Of a stretch of 39,255 nucleotides of DNA, positions 24,216 through 32,278 are shown piece by piece. The position numbers and the translations under genes were made by a program. Each line of letters starts with the position of its first letter. Positions within the stretch are counted from its first letter, which is position 1. The stretch is from an uncultured Thermoanaerobacterales bacterium (GTDB lineage: Bacteria > Bacillota > Clostridia > Christensenellales > UBA1242): positions 1-39,255 of the forward strand of contig CATKXA010000001.1 of NCBI GenBank assembly GCA_949840475.1, read 5' to 3'. A model generated the notes under the pieces. That model was not told the origin of the DNA and did not search any database. It worked only from the letters and a program-made list of their open reading frames with translations.

Positions 24216-24413
24216 ATGTTTGCAAAAAGATTGAGAGAAATAAGGTTTGGTAGTGGAATTACGCAAGTAGAGCTTGCTAAAGTTTTGAATGTGACTAAAG
24301 CAACTGTTAATGACTGGGAACATGGCAAATGTGAAACCAACTTTGATATGCTTGTAAAAATTGCCAAATACTTTGGAGTTTCAACGGATTACTTGCTAGG
24401 ATTAGAAGATTAA
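24216..24413 (+). CDS. XRE-family HTH regulator (65 aa)
   Basis: The pattern RLREIR...ITQVELAKVLNVTKATVNDWEHG...L.KIAKYFGVSTDYLLGLED is classic for a short XRE HTH. Confidence 0.9.
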   Translation: MFAKRLREIRFGSGITQVELAKVLNVTKATVNDWEHGKCETNFDMLVKIAKYFGVSTDYLLGLED

Positions 24414-24444
24414 AAAACCACGGTCGACGCCCGTGGTTTTTGTT
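24412..24444. terminator. bidirectional terminator
   Basis: ACCACGG..CCGTGGT stem flanked by an A-run and a T-run. Confidence 0.7.
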
Positions 24445-25785
24445 TTAGCCTATTACAAAGAGAGGTTTAACTCTTAGTTTACTTCTATCTGTTCTAAAGC
24501 CTTCGATGCTTCCGTCGGCAGATACCTTAATAGATATGCCATAGTTTGATAGAGTTTTTGCTGCGGCAAGGCGACCACCGCCAATACTACCAGCCTCTAT
24601 CTTAATTATTGCACCTATAGCCAAGATGTTACCCTCATAATCTATTATGCTAGCCCCGTCAATGCCTAAAAGTTCAAGTCTTAGTTTTCTATTGAGGTCT
24701 TGGAACTTATTGTTGCCAATAATTCGCTTTAAGTTACATGTTTTGTTACACTTTTCTTCTTGCAAAAAGTTTTCAAAGCTTGGCAATTCATTATTTGTAT
24801 TTATTTCATGGAAAAACGACTGATTGATTTGGTCTTGGACTTTATAATCATAGCAGTCTTTAGCAAGTAGGTCTGAAGTATCTATATGTTTAAGGACATT
24901 AAACCTTTCGTTGCTATTAACATGCACAATACAGCCACCGCTGCGTTCAAAAGATAAGTCAAGAGCGGATAGGTAGATAGCTTTTCTTACTTCTTCAACT
25001 TCGCCACTCTTTTCTGCAAGTTTTGCTATGATTTCCTCGTGGCTAAAGCAAACCCAAGCACCATTACGTTTTGCAAATAGTAGTTGCTTATCTTTAAAAA
25101 TTAAAACATCGCCTTCTTCAACCAAGCACACGCCGATTTTTGAACCAACGCAAGCATTTGCAAGGTCAATATACTCATAAGGAGCAAGTAGGTCTGCCTT
25201 TGCTGTTTTATTAAAATGCTGGTAACCAAGCAAGTATCCGTCAGCAGAAATGTTTAAGCAGGTATTGATGCCGTCGGACAAAAGAGCACTATAATCACGT
25301 TTTAAAACGTTTTCAATTTTAGTGTTAGGATTGATTGGCCTCGGAGCCTTTTTGTTAGTTATAATAAAGCCGAACTTGGCTTTTCGTCCCTCATAAGTTC
25401 TAAGCCCCCAGCTAGATACCATAGTTAGCAGGCTGTTTAGAGTAGAGTGTGCATTCTTTGTTAGGGCGGAGCAGATTGCTTTTTGAGTAACTTGACTTTC
25501 GATGCCTGTTATAAAGTCCTCTGAAAGGTTGGCTTTAAAAAGAGTGCTCATCTCGTCGATAATAGAGCGGACAAGCGAGATTTCAAAAGACTTGAAAGGC
25601 TGAACTCGTTTAATAATAAACCTTGAAGCGTCTTGCCTATTAAATTTAACCAAAAGGGTACCGCCATTGCCTTGGGCAACGCACGCATCTCTATTGCTCG
25701 ATTCTTCTTCTCCGACAATCTCGGAGCCAGTGAACATAGAGAGTATTGTATTTTCGAGAAAAGATATAAAGCGTTCTCTTTTCAT
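24445..25785 (-). CDS. hypothetical protein (446 aa) with a C-terminal DisA_N/diadenylate-cyclase-like region and an unknown N-terminal region
   Basis: Start moved to the ATG (MKRERF) after GGGG. By-eye matches to DAC motifs are SGGCIVHV (GALIV), IDGASIID..ILAIGA (HDGAxII), GGGRLAAA (GTRHRAA) and KVSADGSI (VVSEETG.IS). No TM helix. Confidence 0.6.
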   Translation of the reverse strand: MKRERFISFLENTILSMFTGSEIVGEEESSNRDACVAQGNGGTLLVKFNRQDASRFIIKRVQPFKSFEISLVRSIIDEMSTLFKANLSEDFITGIESQVTQKAICSALTKNAHSTLNSLLTMVSSWGLRTYEGRKAKFGFIITNKKAPRPINPNTKIENVLKRDYSALLSDGINTCLNISADGYLLGYQHFNKTAKADLLAPYEYIDLANACVGSKIGVCLVEEGDVLIFKDKQLLFAKRNGAWVCFSHEEIIAKLAEKSGEVEEVRKAIYLSALDLSFERSGGCIVHVNSNERFNVLKHIDTSDLLAKDCYDYKVQDQINQSFFHEINTNNELPSFENFLQEEKCNKTCNLKRIIGNNKFQDLNRKLRLELLGIDGASIIDYEGNILAIGAIIKIEAGSIGGGRLAAAKTLSNYGISIKVSADGSIEGFRTDRSKLRVKPLFVIG

Positions 25786-25951
25786 ACTTTGAACCCCTAA
25801 TGTAGATTTTAAATGCAATTTTTCTTATAATTAAATTTATAGTAACATTAAATTGCGTAAAAATCTACCATTTGAACTAATATTTTTGTGTTTTAGTGCT
25901 ATTTTTTGCATTTTCAACAAAATTATCCTAAAAAATATATAAAAATCTTGT

Positions 25952-25980
25952 TTGACCTATGTGAATTAGCAATGTATAAT
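25952..25980 (+). promoter_or_regulatory. sigma-A-type promoter of the hydrogenase gene
   Basis: TTGACC, 17-nt spacer, TATAAT. Confidence 0.65.
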
Positions 25981-26009
25981 AAAATATATTCACACAATAG
26001 GGAAAATAT

Positions 26010-27302
26010 ATGAAAAAAAGACAATTTTCTTGTATAAAAGATTACTGCGAAAGCTGTGCTCACATTATGGCTGAAAAGAATGAGTATCCAATCAACTGCG
26101 ATTACAGCTGTTTATCTATGGATATTACTTGTAACCATGCACACTCTAAACTTTGCAAAAGTTGCGGTCAGGCAATTAATGATAATCAGTTTCAAGACGA
26201 CGTAAAGCTATTAGATAGTGCTCTTTCTAATAAAAAACTAAAAGTCATATGCTTTACTGCACCTTCAGTACGTGTTGCTCTTGGCGATGAGTTTCAGTTG
26301 CCTGTTGGAACAAATGTACAAGGCAGAATGGTTAGTGCTTTGAAAGAATTAGGCTTTCATGCTGTTTTTGATATGAACACTGCTGCAGACTTTACAATAA
26401 TCGAAGAAGCAAATGAGTTTGTTAATAGGCTTAAAACTAACAAAAAGCTACCAATGTTCACAAGCTGTTGCCCGGGCTGGGTAAGTTACTGTAAGAAACT
26501 TTATCCCAAGTTTGTAAAGAATTTGTCCACTTGCAAAAGCCCTCAGCAGATGTTTGGTGCAATGATAAACAATATTTATGCGAACCAAAACAAGTTTGAA
26601 AGCACAGACATGTTTGTTGTGTCAATAGTTCCATGCCTTGCAAAAAAACTTGAGCTTAGGCAAGAGGGCATGAATACAAATGTTGGGCTTGACGTAGACG
26701 TTGCTATCAGTACAAAAGAGTTGGCAAGTTTGATTAAAAGTAAAGGCATAGATTTTGTCAATTTGAAGGAGCAAGATTACGACCAATTTTTTGGCTCATC
26801 TAGCGGAGCTGGGGCTATATTTGGTAACACTGGTGGGGTTATGGAAGCAGTGCTCAGAACGGTAGACAGTGACCAAAATAAAGTGATAAATAAAATAGAA
26901 TACAAAATGGTTAGGGGCTTAAAAGGAATACGTAAAGCCACTATAAATATAGGTGGTAGAGATATCAACCTTGCAGTTGTAACGGGGCTTAAAAATATCA
27001 AGCCGTTAATGGACGAGATAATACTAAATCCTAGTGCATATGACTTTATTGAGGTTATGGCATGTGAGGGCGGGTGCATTGGTGGAGGCGGCCAACCAAG
27101 AGTAAAAGGCATGCCGCTTAATGAAGTTCTAAAAGCACGCTCTAATGGACTGTACTCTTATGAAAAGACACTCAAATGTAGAAAAGCTCACGACAATGAT
27201 GCTGTTAAAGATATTTATAAAAAGTATCTAGGCAAAGTAGGGGGCAAAGAAGCAAAACGATTGTTGCATGTTCATAGAAAGCCTAAAAAGCTGACAAAAT
27301 AA
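26010..27302 (+). CDS. [FeFe]-hydrogenase catalytic (H-domain) protein with an atypical Cys/His-rich N-terminus
   Basis: The three H-cluster motifs are present: TSCCPGWV, VPCLAKKLE and EVMACEGGCIGGGGQP. Confidence 0.9.
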   Translation: MKKRQFSCIKDYCESCAHIMAEKNEYPINCDYSCLSMDITCNHAHSKLCKSCGQAINDNQFQDDVKLLDSALSNKKLKVICFTAPSVRVALGDEFQLPVGTNVQGRMVSALKELGFHAVFDMNTAADFTIIEEANEFVNRLKTNKKLPMFTSCCPGWVSYCKKLYPKFVKNLSTCKSPQQMFGAMINNIYANQNKFESTDMFVVSIVPCLAKKLELRQEGMNTNVGLDVDVAISTKELASLIKSKGIDFVNLKEQDYDQFFGSSSGAGAIFGNTGGVMEAVLRTVDSDQNKVINKIEYKMVRGLKGIRKATINIGGRDINLAVVTGLKNIKPLMDEIILNPSAYDFIEVMACEGGCIGGGGQPRVKGMPLNEVLKARSNGLYSYEKTLKCRKAHDNDAVKDIYKKYLGKVGGKEAKRLLHVHRKPKKLTK

Positions 27303-27330
27303 AAAACACCTATTTAGGTGTTTTTATTTT
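27300..27330. terminator. bidirectional terminator
   Basis: ACACCT..AGGTGT stem flanked by A6 and T5. Confidence 0.75.
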
Positions 27331-27337
27331 GCTTTAG

Positions 27338-27934
27338 TTAAATAGGTTTTCTATCTTCAAGGGCTTTAGTTAAGGTCACTTCGTCGGCGAACTCAAGTTG
27401 AGTTCCGGCTGCAAGTCCTTGAGCGATGCGTGTGACTTTAACACCATAAGCCTTAACAAGGGAAGCAATGTACATTGCTGTTGCTTCGCCCTCAACGTCT
27501 GGGCTGGTTGCTAAAATAACTTCAGTTGTATCGCCTTTAGCGACCCTTGCTATAAGCTCGGCTATCTTAATATCCTTTGGAGCGATATTTGCTAAAGGAT
27601 TAATCGTGCCATGAAGCACATGGTAAACGCCTTTATATGAGTGAGCTTTTTCTATTGCGAGTACGTCCTTAGGCTCTTTAACAACACATATAGTGCTATG
27701 TGAGCGACTGTCGCAGATAGGGCAGGTATCGCCGCTTGCAAAGTTTCCGCAAATAGAGCAGAACTTAATGTTGTTTTTTGCTTCAAGTATAGCTTTGGCA
27801 AAGGTTTCAGCTTGTTCGCTTGAACCAGTCACTATATGGTAAGCATATCGTCCAGCCGTTTTTTTACCAACGCCGGGCAACTTGCTGAACTCATTGATTA
27901 ATCTATCTAAGCTTTCGAGTTTAGTAGTATCCAC
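27338..27934 (-). CDS. recR: recombination protein RecR
   Basis: LPGVGKKTA HhH motif, C4 zinc finger CSICGN..CPIC, and a Toprim region. Confidence 0.95.
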   Translation of the reverse strand: MDTTKLESLDRLINEFSKLPGVGKKTAGRYAYHIVTGSSEQAETFAKAILEAKNNIKFCSICGNFASGDTCPICDSRSHSTICVVKEPKDVLAIEKAHSYKGVYHVLHGTINPLANIAPKDIKIAELIARVAKGDTTEVILATSPDVEGEATAMYIASLVKAYGVKVTRIAQGLAAGTQLEFADEVTLTKALEDRKPI

Positions 27935-28263
27935 TACATCATGCCCCCAAATCTACCGAGTTTTTGAGCCTTTAAATCATCAGCTTTGCTAGAAGCATCT
28001 TGCAAGGCTGCTAAAACTAAGTCTTCAAGCATTTCAACATCGTCAGGGTCGACAACGTCCTTGCTAATAGCTATGCTTACTGGTGCTTTGTTTCCAGTGA
28101 TAGTTACTTTCACCATTCCGCCACCGCTTACACCTTCAACTTCTGTTTCGTCTACTTCTTGTTGAGCTTTCATTGCTTCTTCTTGCATTTTTTGTGCTTG
28201 ACGCATCAATGCTTGCATGTTGGCGTTTCCACCGCCACCCATAAAGCCACCAAATTTTGCCAT
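27934..28263 (-). CDS. ybaB: nucleoid-associated protein YbaB/EbfC
   Basis: Start moved to MAKFGG (GGAGGT 10 nt upstream). The NMQALMRQAQKMQEE...VTITGNK pattern is typical of YbaB. Confidence 0.92.
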   Translation of the reverse strand: MAKFGGFMGGGGNANMQALMRQAQKMQEEAMKAQQEVDETEVEGVSGGGMVKVTITGNKAPVSIAISKDVVDPDDVEMLEDLVLAALQDASSKADDLKAQKLGRFGGMM

Positions 28264-28264
28264 A

Positions 28265-29461
28265 TTATTCATTACCTCCAAATTCGTCTGATTTATTATT
28301 TGATTTATTATTTATCTTTTCGTTTAGTAAGTCAACCAATTCTGTAGACTTATTTGATTTCCCTTTTGCAGGTATTAGTGTTTCTTTTAATGCATCTACA
28401 AGCAAGTCGCCATTATATTTTTCCATATTTATATATTGTTTAACAAATATAGCAAGAAGACTTTTTCTATATGCATCGAACGAGAATGATGAGTCAAAGA
28501 GTTTAATATCTGAGGAGATTTCAAAATCGCTAAGATGTTCGTGAAGATCCTCTTTACTTATCAGACTCAAAATGTTGCGATCATAATCTATTGAAATATA
28601 TGGGAGATAGTTTTCATCAAGAGTAGCTAGCATTATATAAGCAGGTTCGCCTATAATTTTGATAGTGTCAGGTTTAATTAAAGAACGTTCAAAATCTTGT
28701 GGTCTGAAAAGATGCGTATACACATAAGAGCTTGCCCATTTTAAAGCTTTTGCTTTTTTTTCTATCTTTTCTTTTTCAGAAATATAGTCACAGTTGCCAT
28801 AAGTGTCATAACAAGACTCCTCACCACAGTTACCATTGTTGCATTTGGTGCGATGGTATTCATTGTATTCTTCTGAGGCTTGTTGTGTTTTGTTAACAAG
28901 GTCAAGTAAAAGAGAGAGTTCTCTAAGTGCTGGTTCTTCAGAATTTAGCTTTGCATGTTTGAAAACAGTAGCCATGTGAGTTTTTGCGATTTTTTTATCA
29001 AAATCTCTTTGCATGGTTTGAATAGCCGATAGAGGCAAAGCTGCAGATACTACAGAGTCTATAACATTTCTTAATTCAAGTATGCTCTCATTTGTAACCC
29101 TATGAGGAATATTTTCGCTCTCAAACTCTTCATATAGCCCAATTATAAGTGATGCGTTTATTGCTAGGTTTTTATCGTTAGTTTGTTTCAAATAGTTGTA
29201 TAAATTAAAAGCCATCGCAATAAAGTTGTTCATATATACGGAATTTTCAGCATTTAGAAGATTAGGGAGCATTTTAATATAGTATCTTAAATCATTTTTA
29301 AACTGAATTATCTGATCAAGAGTTTCGCTGTCGCTTGATGGGATTGAGTATGCCATCTTTAGTTCTTGTTCAAAGGATTCAGATAGCTTGAAACTATTTG
29401 GTATGTATCCTTCCATGTCTAGTATTTCAGGGGTACGTTTTTTAATATATATTGGTTCCAT
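28265..29461 (-). CDS. hypothetical protein (398 aa) inserted between dnaX and ybaB
   Basis: An AAGGAG built into the last dnaX codons lies 8 nt upstream of the ATG. The stop lies 1 nt before the ybaB ATG. Contains a Cys cluster CNNGNCGEESCYDTYGNC. No family recognised. Confidence 0.75.
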   Translation of the reverse strand: MEPIYIKKRTPEILDMEGYIPNSFKLSESFEQELKMAYSIPSSDSETLDQIIQFKNDLRYYIKMLPNLLNAENSVYMNNFIAMAFNLYNYLKQTNDKNLAINASLIIGLYEEFESENIPHRVTNESILELRNVIDSVVSAALPLSAIQTMQRDFDKKIAKTHMATVFKHAKLNSEEPALRELSLLLDLVNKTQQASEEYNEYHRTKCNNGNCGEESCYDTYGNCDYISEKEKIEKKAKALKWASSYVYTHLFRPQDFERSLIKPDTIKIIGEPAYIMLATLDENYLPYISIDYDRNILSLISKEDLHEHLSDFEISSDIKLFDSSFSFDAYRKSLLAIFVKQYINMEKYNGDLLVDALKETLIPAKGKSNKSTELVDLLNEKINNKSNNKSDEFGGNE

Positions 29462-29466
29462 CTAGG

Positions 29467-30987
29467 TTACTCCTTTATCGTTAGTTTGTCTTTAAAAGTG
29501 TTTGATAATTCAGAAATGTTAAGCTGTTTTTTCTCTATCATTTTGAAGTTATATGTAAGGGCTAGTGAACTAAAGAAATTTGTTAACACTTGTTTGTACT
29601 TATCTCTTACTATTATATCCAAAGTTAGCTGATCGTCAACATAGAAAATTACATTTGCACCATTTAGTTCAACTTTGACAATTTGTCTGACTGCACTTAA
29701 AAGGCTCATTTCTTTGTTTTCTTTTAGATAATTAATTAAAAGACCAAGTACTTCGCTTTCGCCACTAACGCTTGCATTGCTCTGTTTTTCTGGTTCATGC
29801 TGGATTGTTTTTGCGGGCTCTGCTGTTTGTGGCTTTGCACTGATGTTAATATTTGCGTTACCCGTTAGCATTTTTTCTAGGTTTTCTACACGTTTTAAAA
29901 GCGAGTTTTGGCTTAGGGTTTTAATAAATGCAGTTTCTAAAACTATTCTTGGAGAAACGCTGTAGCGTAGTTCAGCTTCAATAGCACTTAGGTTGTTTAT
30001 TGCTGAAATAATCAAGGAATAATTTTCCGATGATGCTTGAGCTTTCATTTTTTCAAAAACGTCTTCACGAGCAACGACCATTGTTTTAGCATTATCCCTA
30101 AGAGTGTTTATTATTAATAAATCTCTAAAGTATTCAATCAAGTCCTTGCTTAGTACAAGTGGGCTTTTGCCAGTAGACAATACTTTGTCTAATTGCTTTA
30201 AACTATCACCCAAGTTCTCAGTTAGTATTGCGTTTGAAAGGTTAATAAGTTCTTGCTTTTCTGTGGCACCCAGTATGTCCATTGTGTCGCTGTAAGTCAA
30301 GTTTGTAGAGGAGTAGGAAATACACCTATCTGCTATGCTCAATGTGTCACGCACGCTGCCTTCGCCCGCTCTCGCTATTACTTCTAGAGCTTCACTTTCA
30401 TAACCAATGTTTTCTTGCTTAAATACTTTAACTAATAGGTTTGTTAAATCTAATGTTGGAACTAGACCAAAATCAAACCTTAAGCATCTAGAAAGGATTG
30501 TTGCTGGTATTTTGTGAACTTCAGTTGTTGCTAAAATAAATACAGCGTATGAAGGTGGCTCTTCTAGTGTTTTGAGCAGTGCATTGAATGCACTAGGGGA
30601 GAGCATGTGCACCTCGTCAATAATGTATACTTTATACTTGCCGTTAACTGGCGGGTATTTGACCTTTTCTCTTAAATCTCTGATTTCGTCTACGCCATTA
30701 TTTGATGCTGCATCTATTTCTAGAATGTCAATATTATTAGAGCTAAGAGCCTTGCAGGCGTTGCAGTTTCCACAAGGGGAGCTGTTAATAGGAGAAGAGC
30801 AGTTTATAGCCTTTGCAAAGATTTTTGCAGTTGAGGTTTTACCTGTTCCACGGCTTCCGCAGAATAAGTAGGCATGACCAATTTTGTCACTCGCAATCTG
30901 GTTTTTTAGTGTTTGAATTATGTGGTTTTGACCTATAACCTCGTCGAAGTTTTGTGGTCTGTACTTTCTATAAAGTGCTAAATACAT
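29467..30987 (-). CDS. dnaX: DNA polymerase III subunit gamma/tau
   Basis: Contains YRPQNFDEVIGQ, GSRGTGKTS, IIDEVHML and SRC motifs, plus a zinc module CGNCNAC. Confidence 0.95.
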   Translation of the reverse strand: MYLALYRKYRPQNFDEVIGQNHIIQTLKNQIASDKIGHAYLFCGSRGTGKTSTAKIFAKAINCSSPINSSPCGNCNACKALSSNNIDILEIDAASNNGVDEIRDLREKVKYPPVNGKYKVYIIDEVHMLSPSAFNALLKTLEEPPSYAVFILATTEVHKIPATILSRCLRFDFGLVPTLDLTNLLVKVFKQENIGYESEALEVIARAGEGSVRDTLSIADRCISYSSTNLTYSDTMDILGATEKQELINLSNAILTENLGDSLKQLDKVLSTGKSPLVLSKDLIEYFRDLLIINTLRDNAKTMVVAREDVFEKMKAQASSENYSLIISAINNLSAIEAELRYSVSPRIVLETAFIKTLSQNSLLKRVENLEKMLTGNANINISAKPQTAEPAKTIQHEPEKQSNASVSGESEVLGLLINYLKENKEMSLLSAVRQIVKVELNGANVIFYVDDQLTLDIIVRDKYKQVLTNFFSSLALTYNFKMIEKKQLNISELSNTFKDKLTIKE

Positions 30988-30989
30988 AT

Positions 30990-31544
30990 CTACTCCTTAA
31001 TTTTGAGTTTTATTCTTTGGATTGTGTTTGTTATGCTACGGGGCTCTTTGCCTAACTTTACTGCAATTTCTGATGTTTTTAAGCCGTCTAAGTAAAGCCA
31101 TAACACCTCGGTTTCAAAACTGCTTAGACCTTTAAGTGCTTTTTCAAGCATCTCGTCACGCTTTTCTTTTGAAATAAATATTTCCTCAGGGTCGACAGAA
31201 ATCCCAAGCTCTGAAATCTCAAACTCGCAATGCTCGCCATTCATTTGAAGTATTGGGCTTGCATTATTGAGTATGCTGTTGCGTTTGGTATTAGAGGCTT
31301 TAATTGCATCAATTATATGCCTTTTAATGCTGGTAGCTGCATAGCTTCTAAAAATATCACTCTTATAGTCGCCGCGGCTTCTATCGTAATGCCTGTACGC
31401 TTCGAGTAGGCCTATCATGCCCTCTTGATAAAGGTCGTCAAAAGTACCGCCAACTAGATAGAACCTTCTACAAATAGAAGTAACCAGCTTGGTGTAGTTT
31501 TCAATAACCTCTTCAACAGATAAATCGTCTTTTTTTTCAGTCAA
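30990..31544 (-). CDS. sigH: sporulation sigma factor SigH-like (ECF-sized sigma-70 family)
   Basis: DLYQEGMIGLLEAYRHYD (region 2) and VLWLYLDGLKTSEIA...TNTIQRIKLKI (region 4) resemble Bacillus SigH. Lies in the mrnC-rlmB-sigH neighbourhood. TTG start. Confidence 0.8.
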   Translation of the reverse strand: MTEKKDDLSVEEVIENYTKLVTSICRRFYLVGGTFDDLYQEGMIGLLEAYRHYDRSRGDYKSDIFRSYAATSIKRHIIDAIKASNTKRNSILNNASPILQMNGEHCEFEISELGISVDPEEIFISKEKRDEMLEKALKGLSSFETEVLWLYLDGLKTSEIAVKLGKEPRSITNTIQRIKLKIKE

Positions 31545-31549
31545 TTCAT

Positions 31550-32278
31550 TTACCTCTTTGTTTGTTGTTGGCGTGCAGCTTCATACATTAATATTCCTGC
31601 ACTGACGCTTGCATTTAGCGAGTTGATTTTTCCTTGCATTGGAATGCTTACAACGCCGTCAGATATCTTTTTGGTAAGAGCACTAACACCATTACCTTCA
31701 GCACCAATAACCAATGCAATGTTGCCGGTTAAATCTGTTTTGTACATTGAAGTGCCGTCCATGTCCGCTGAGAATACGAAGATGTTTTGACCTTTTAATT
31801 TGTTGATAGCGTCGTTGATATTGTTGACCTTGCAAACATTAACATGGCTAGTTGCACCAGCAGAAGTTCTGATAACTGTTTCATTTACAAGTACAGAGTT
31901 GCGGGCTGGAAGGATGATAGCGGTTGCATTTACGCATTCAGCAGTCCTTATAATGCTGCCAAGATTGTGCGGGTCAGACAGTTTATCTAAAACTATGAAC
32001 ATCATTCTTTGGTCTTGATTTTGTGAATCACTAATAACTTGGTCAAGTTCGCTATAAACAAACTCAGTCACAACAGCGATAACGCCTTGATGATGACCAG
32101 TCTTGCTCATGCGGTCTAATGCTTGCTTGTTAAGTTGCTCAATTCTAGCACCTTTGTTTTTTGCAGCTTTGATAATTTCTTTAATAGCAAAATCGTTGCT
32201 TTCGGTTACGCAAATTTTTTCTATTGTTAAGTTTGAATTTAAAATTTCTTTTACAGGGTTTTTACCTTCTATAAACAT
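31550..32278 (-). CDS. rlmB: 23S rRNA (guanosine-2'-O)-methyltransferase RlmB (SpoU/TrmH family)
   Basis: Contains HHQGV, DPHNLGSIIRTA, LVIGAEGNG and SLNASVSAGI motifs. Confidence 0.9.
   Translation of the reverse strand: MFIEGKNPVKEILNSNLTIEKICVTESNDFAIKEIIKAAKNKGARIEQLNKQALDRMSKTGHHQGVIAVVTEFVYSELDQVISDSQNQDQRMMFIVLDKLSDPHNLGSIIRTAECVNATAIILPARNSVLVNETVIRTSAGATSHVNVCKVNNINDAINKLKGQNIFVFSADMDGTSMYKTDLTGNIALVIGAEGNGVSALTKKISDGVVSIPMQGKINSLNASVSAGILMYEAARQQQTKR

Noticed and set aside
19909-25818. The islet as an intact prophage or integrative element at the tRNA genes.
   Set aside because: No integrase, recombinase, transposase, terminase or structural gene is present. I could find no repeat of the tRNA 3' ends that would mark att sites.
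25960-25994. A 7-bp inverted repeat TGTGAAT...ATTCACA flanking the -10 of the hydrogenase promoter, as a possible Rex or CRP/FNR box.
   Set aside because: The half-sites resemble TGTGA/TCACA, but they are separated by 21 nt instead of the ~6 nt used by Rex and CRP/FNR dimers. This may be chance or an unrelated regulator. A motif scan with proper matrices would settle it.
29467-30987. Programmed -1 frameshift site in dnaX (A AAA AAG type, as in E. coli).
   Set aside because: No A AAA AAG heptamer was seen on the coding strand. The only A6 run (GAAAAAATG near 30040) lacks the slippery pattern and a downstream hairpin.
30985-31000. An SRP RNA (scr/ffs) gene upstream of dnaX, as in Bacillus.
   Set aside because: sigH ends 2 nt before the dnaX start, so there is no space for an RNA gene.
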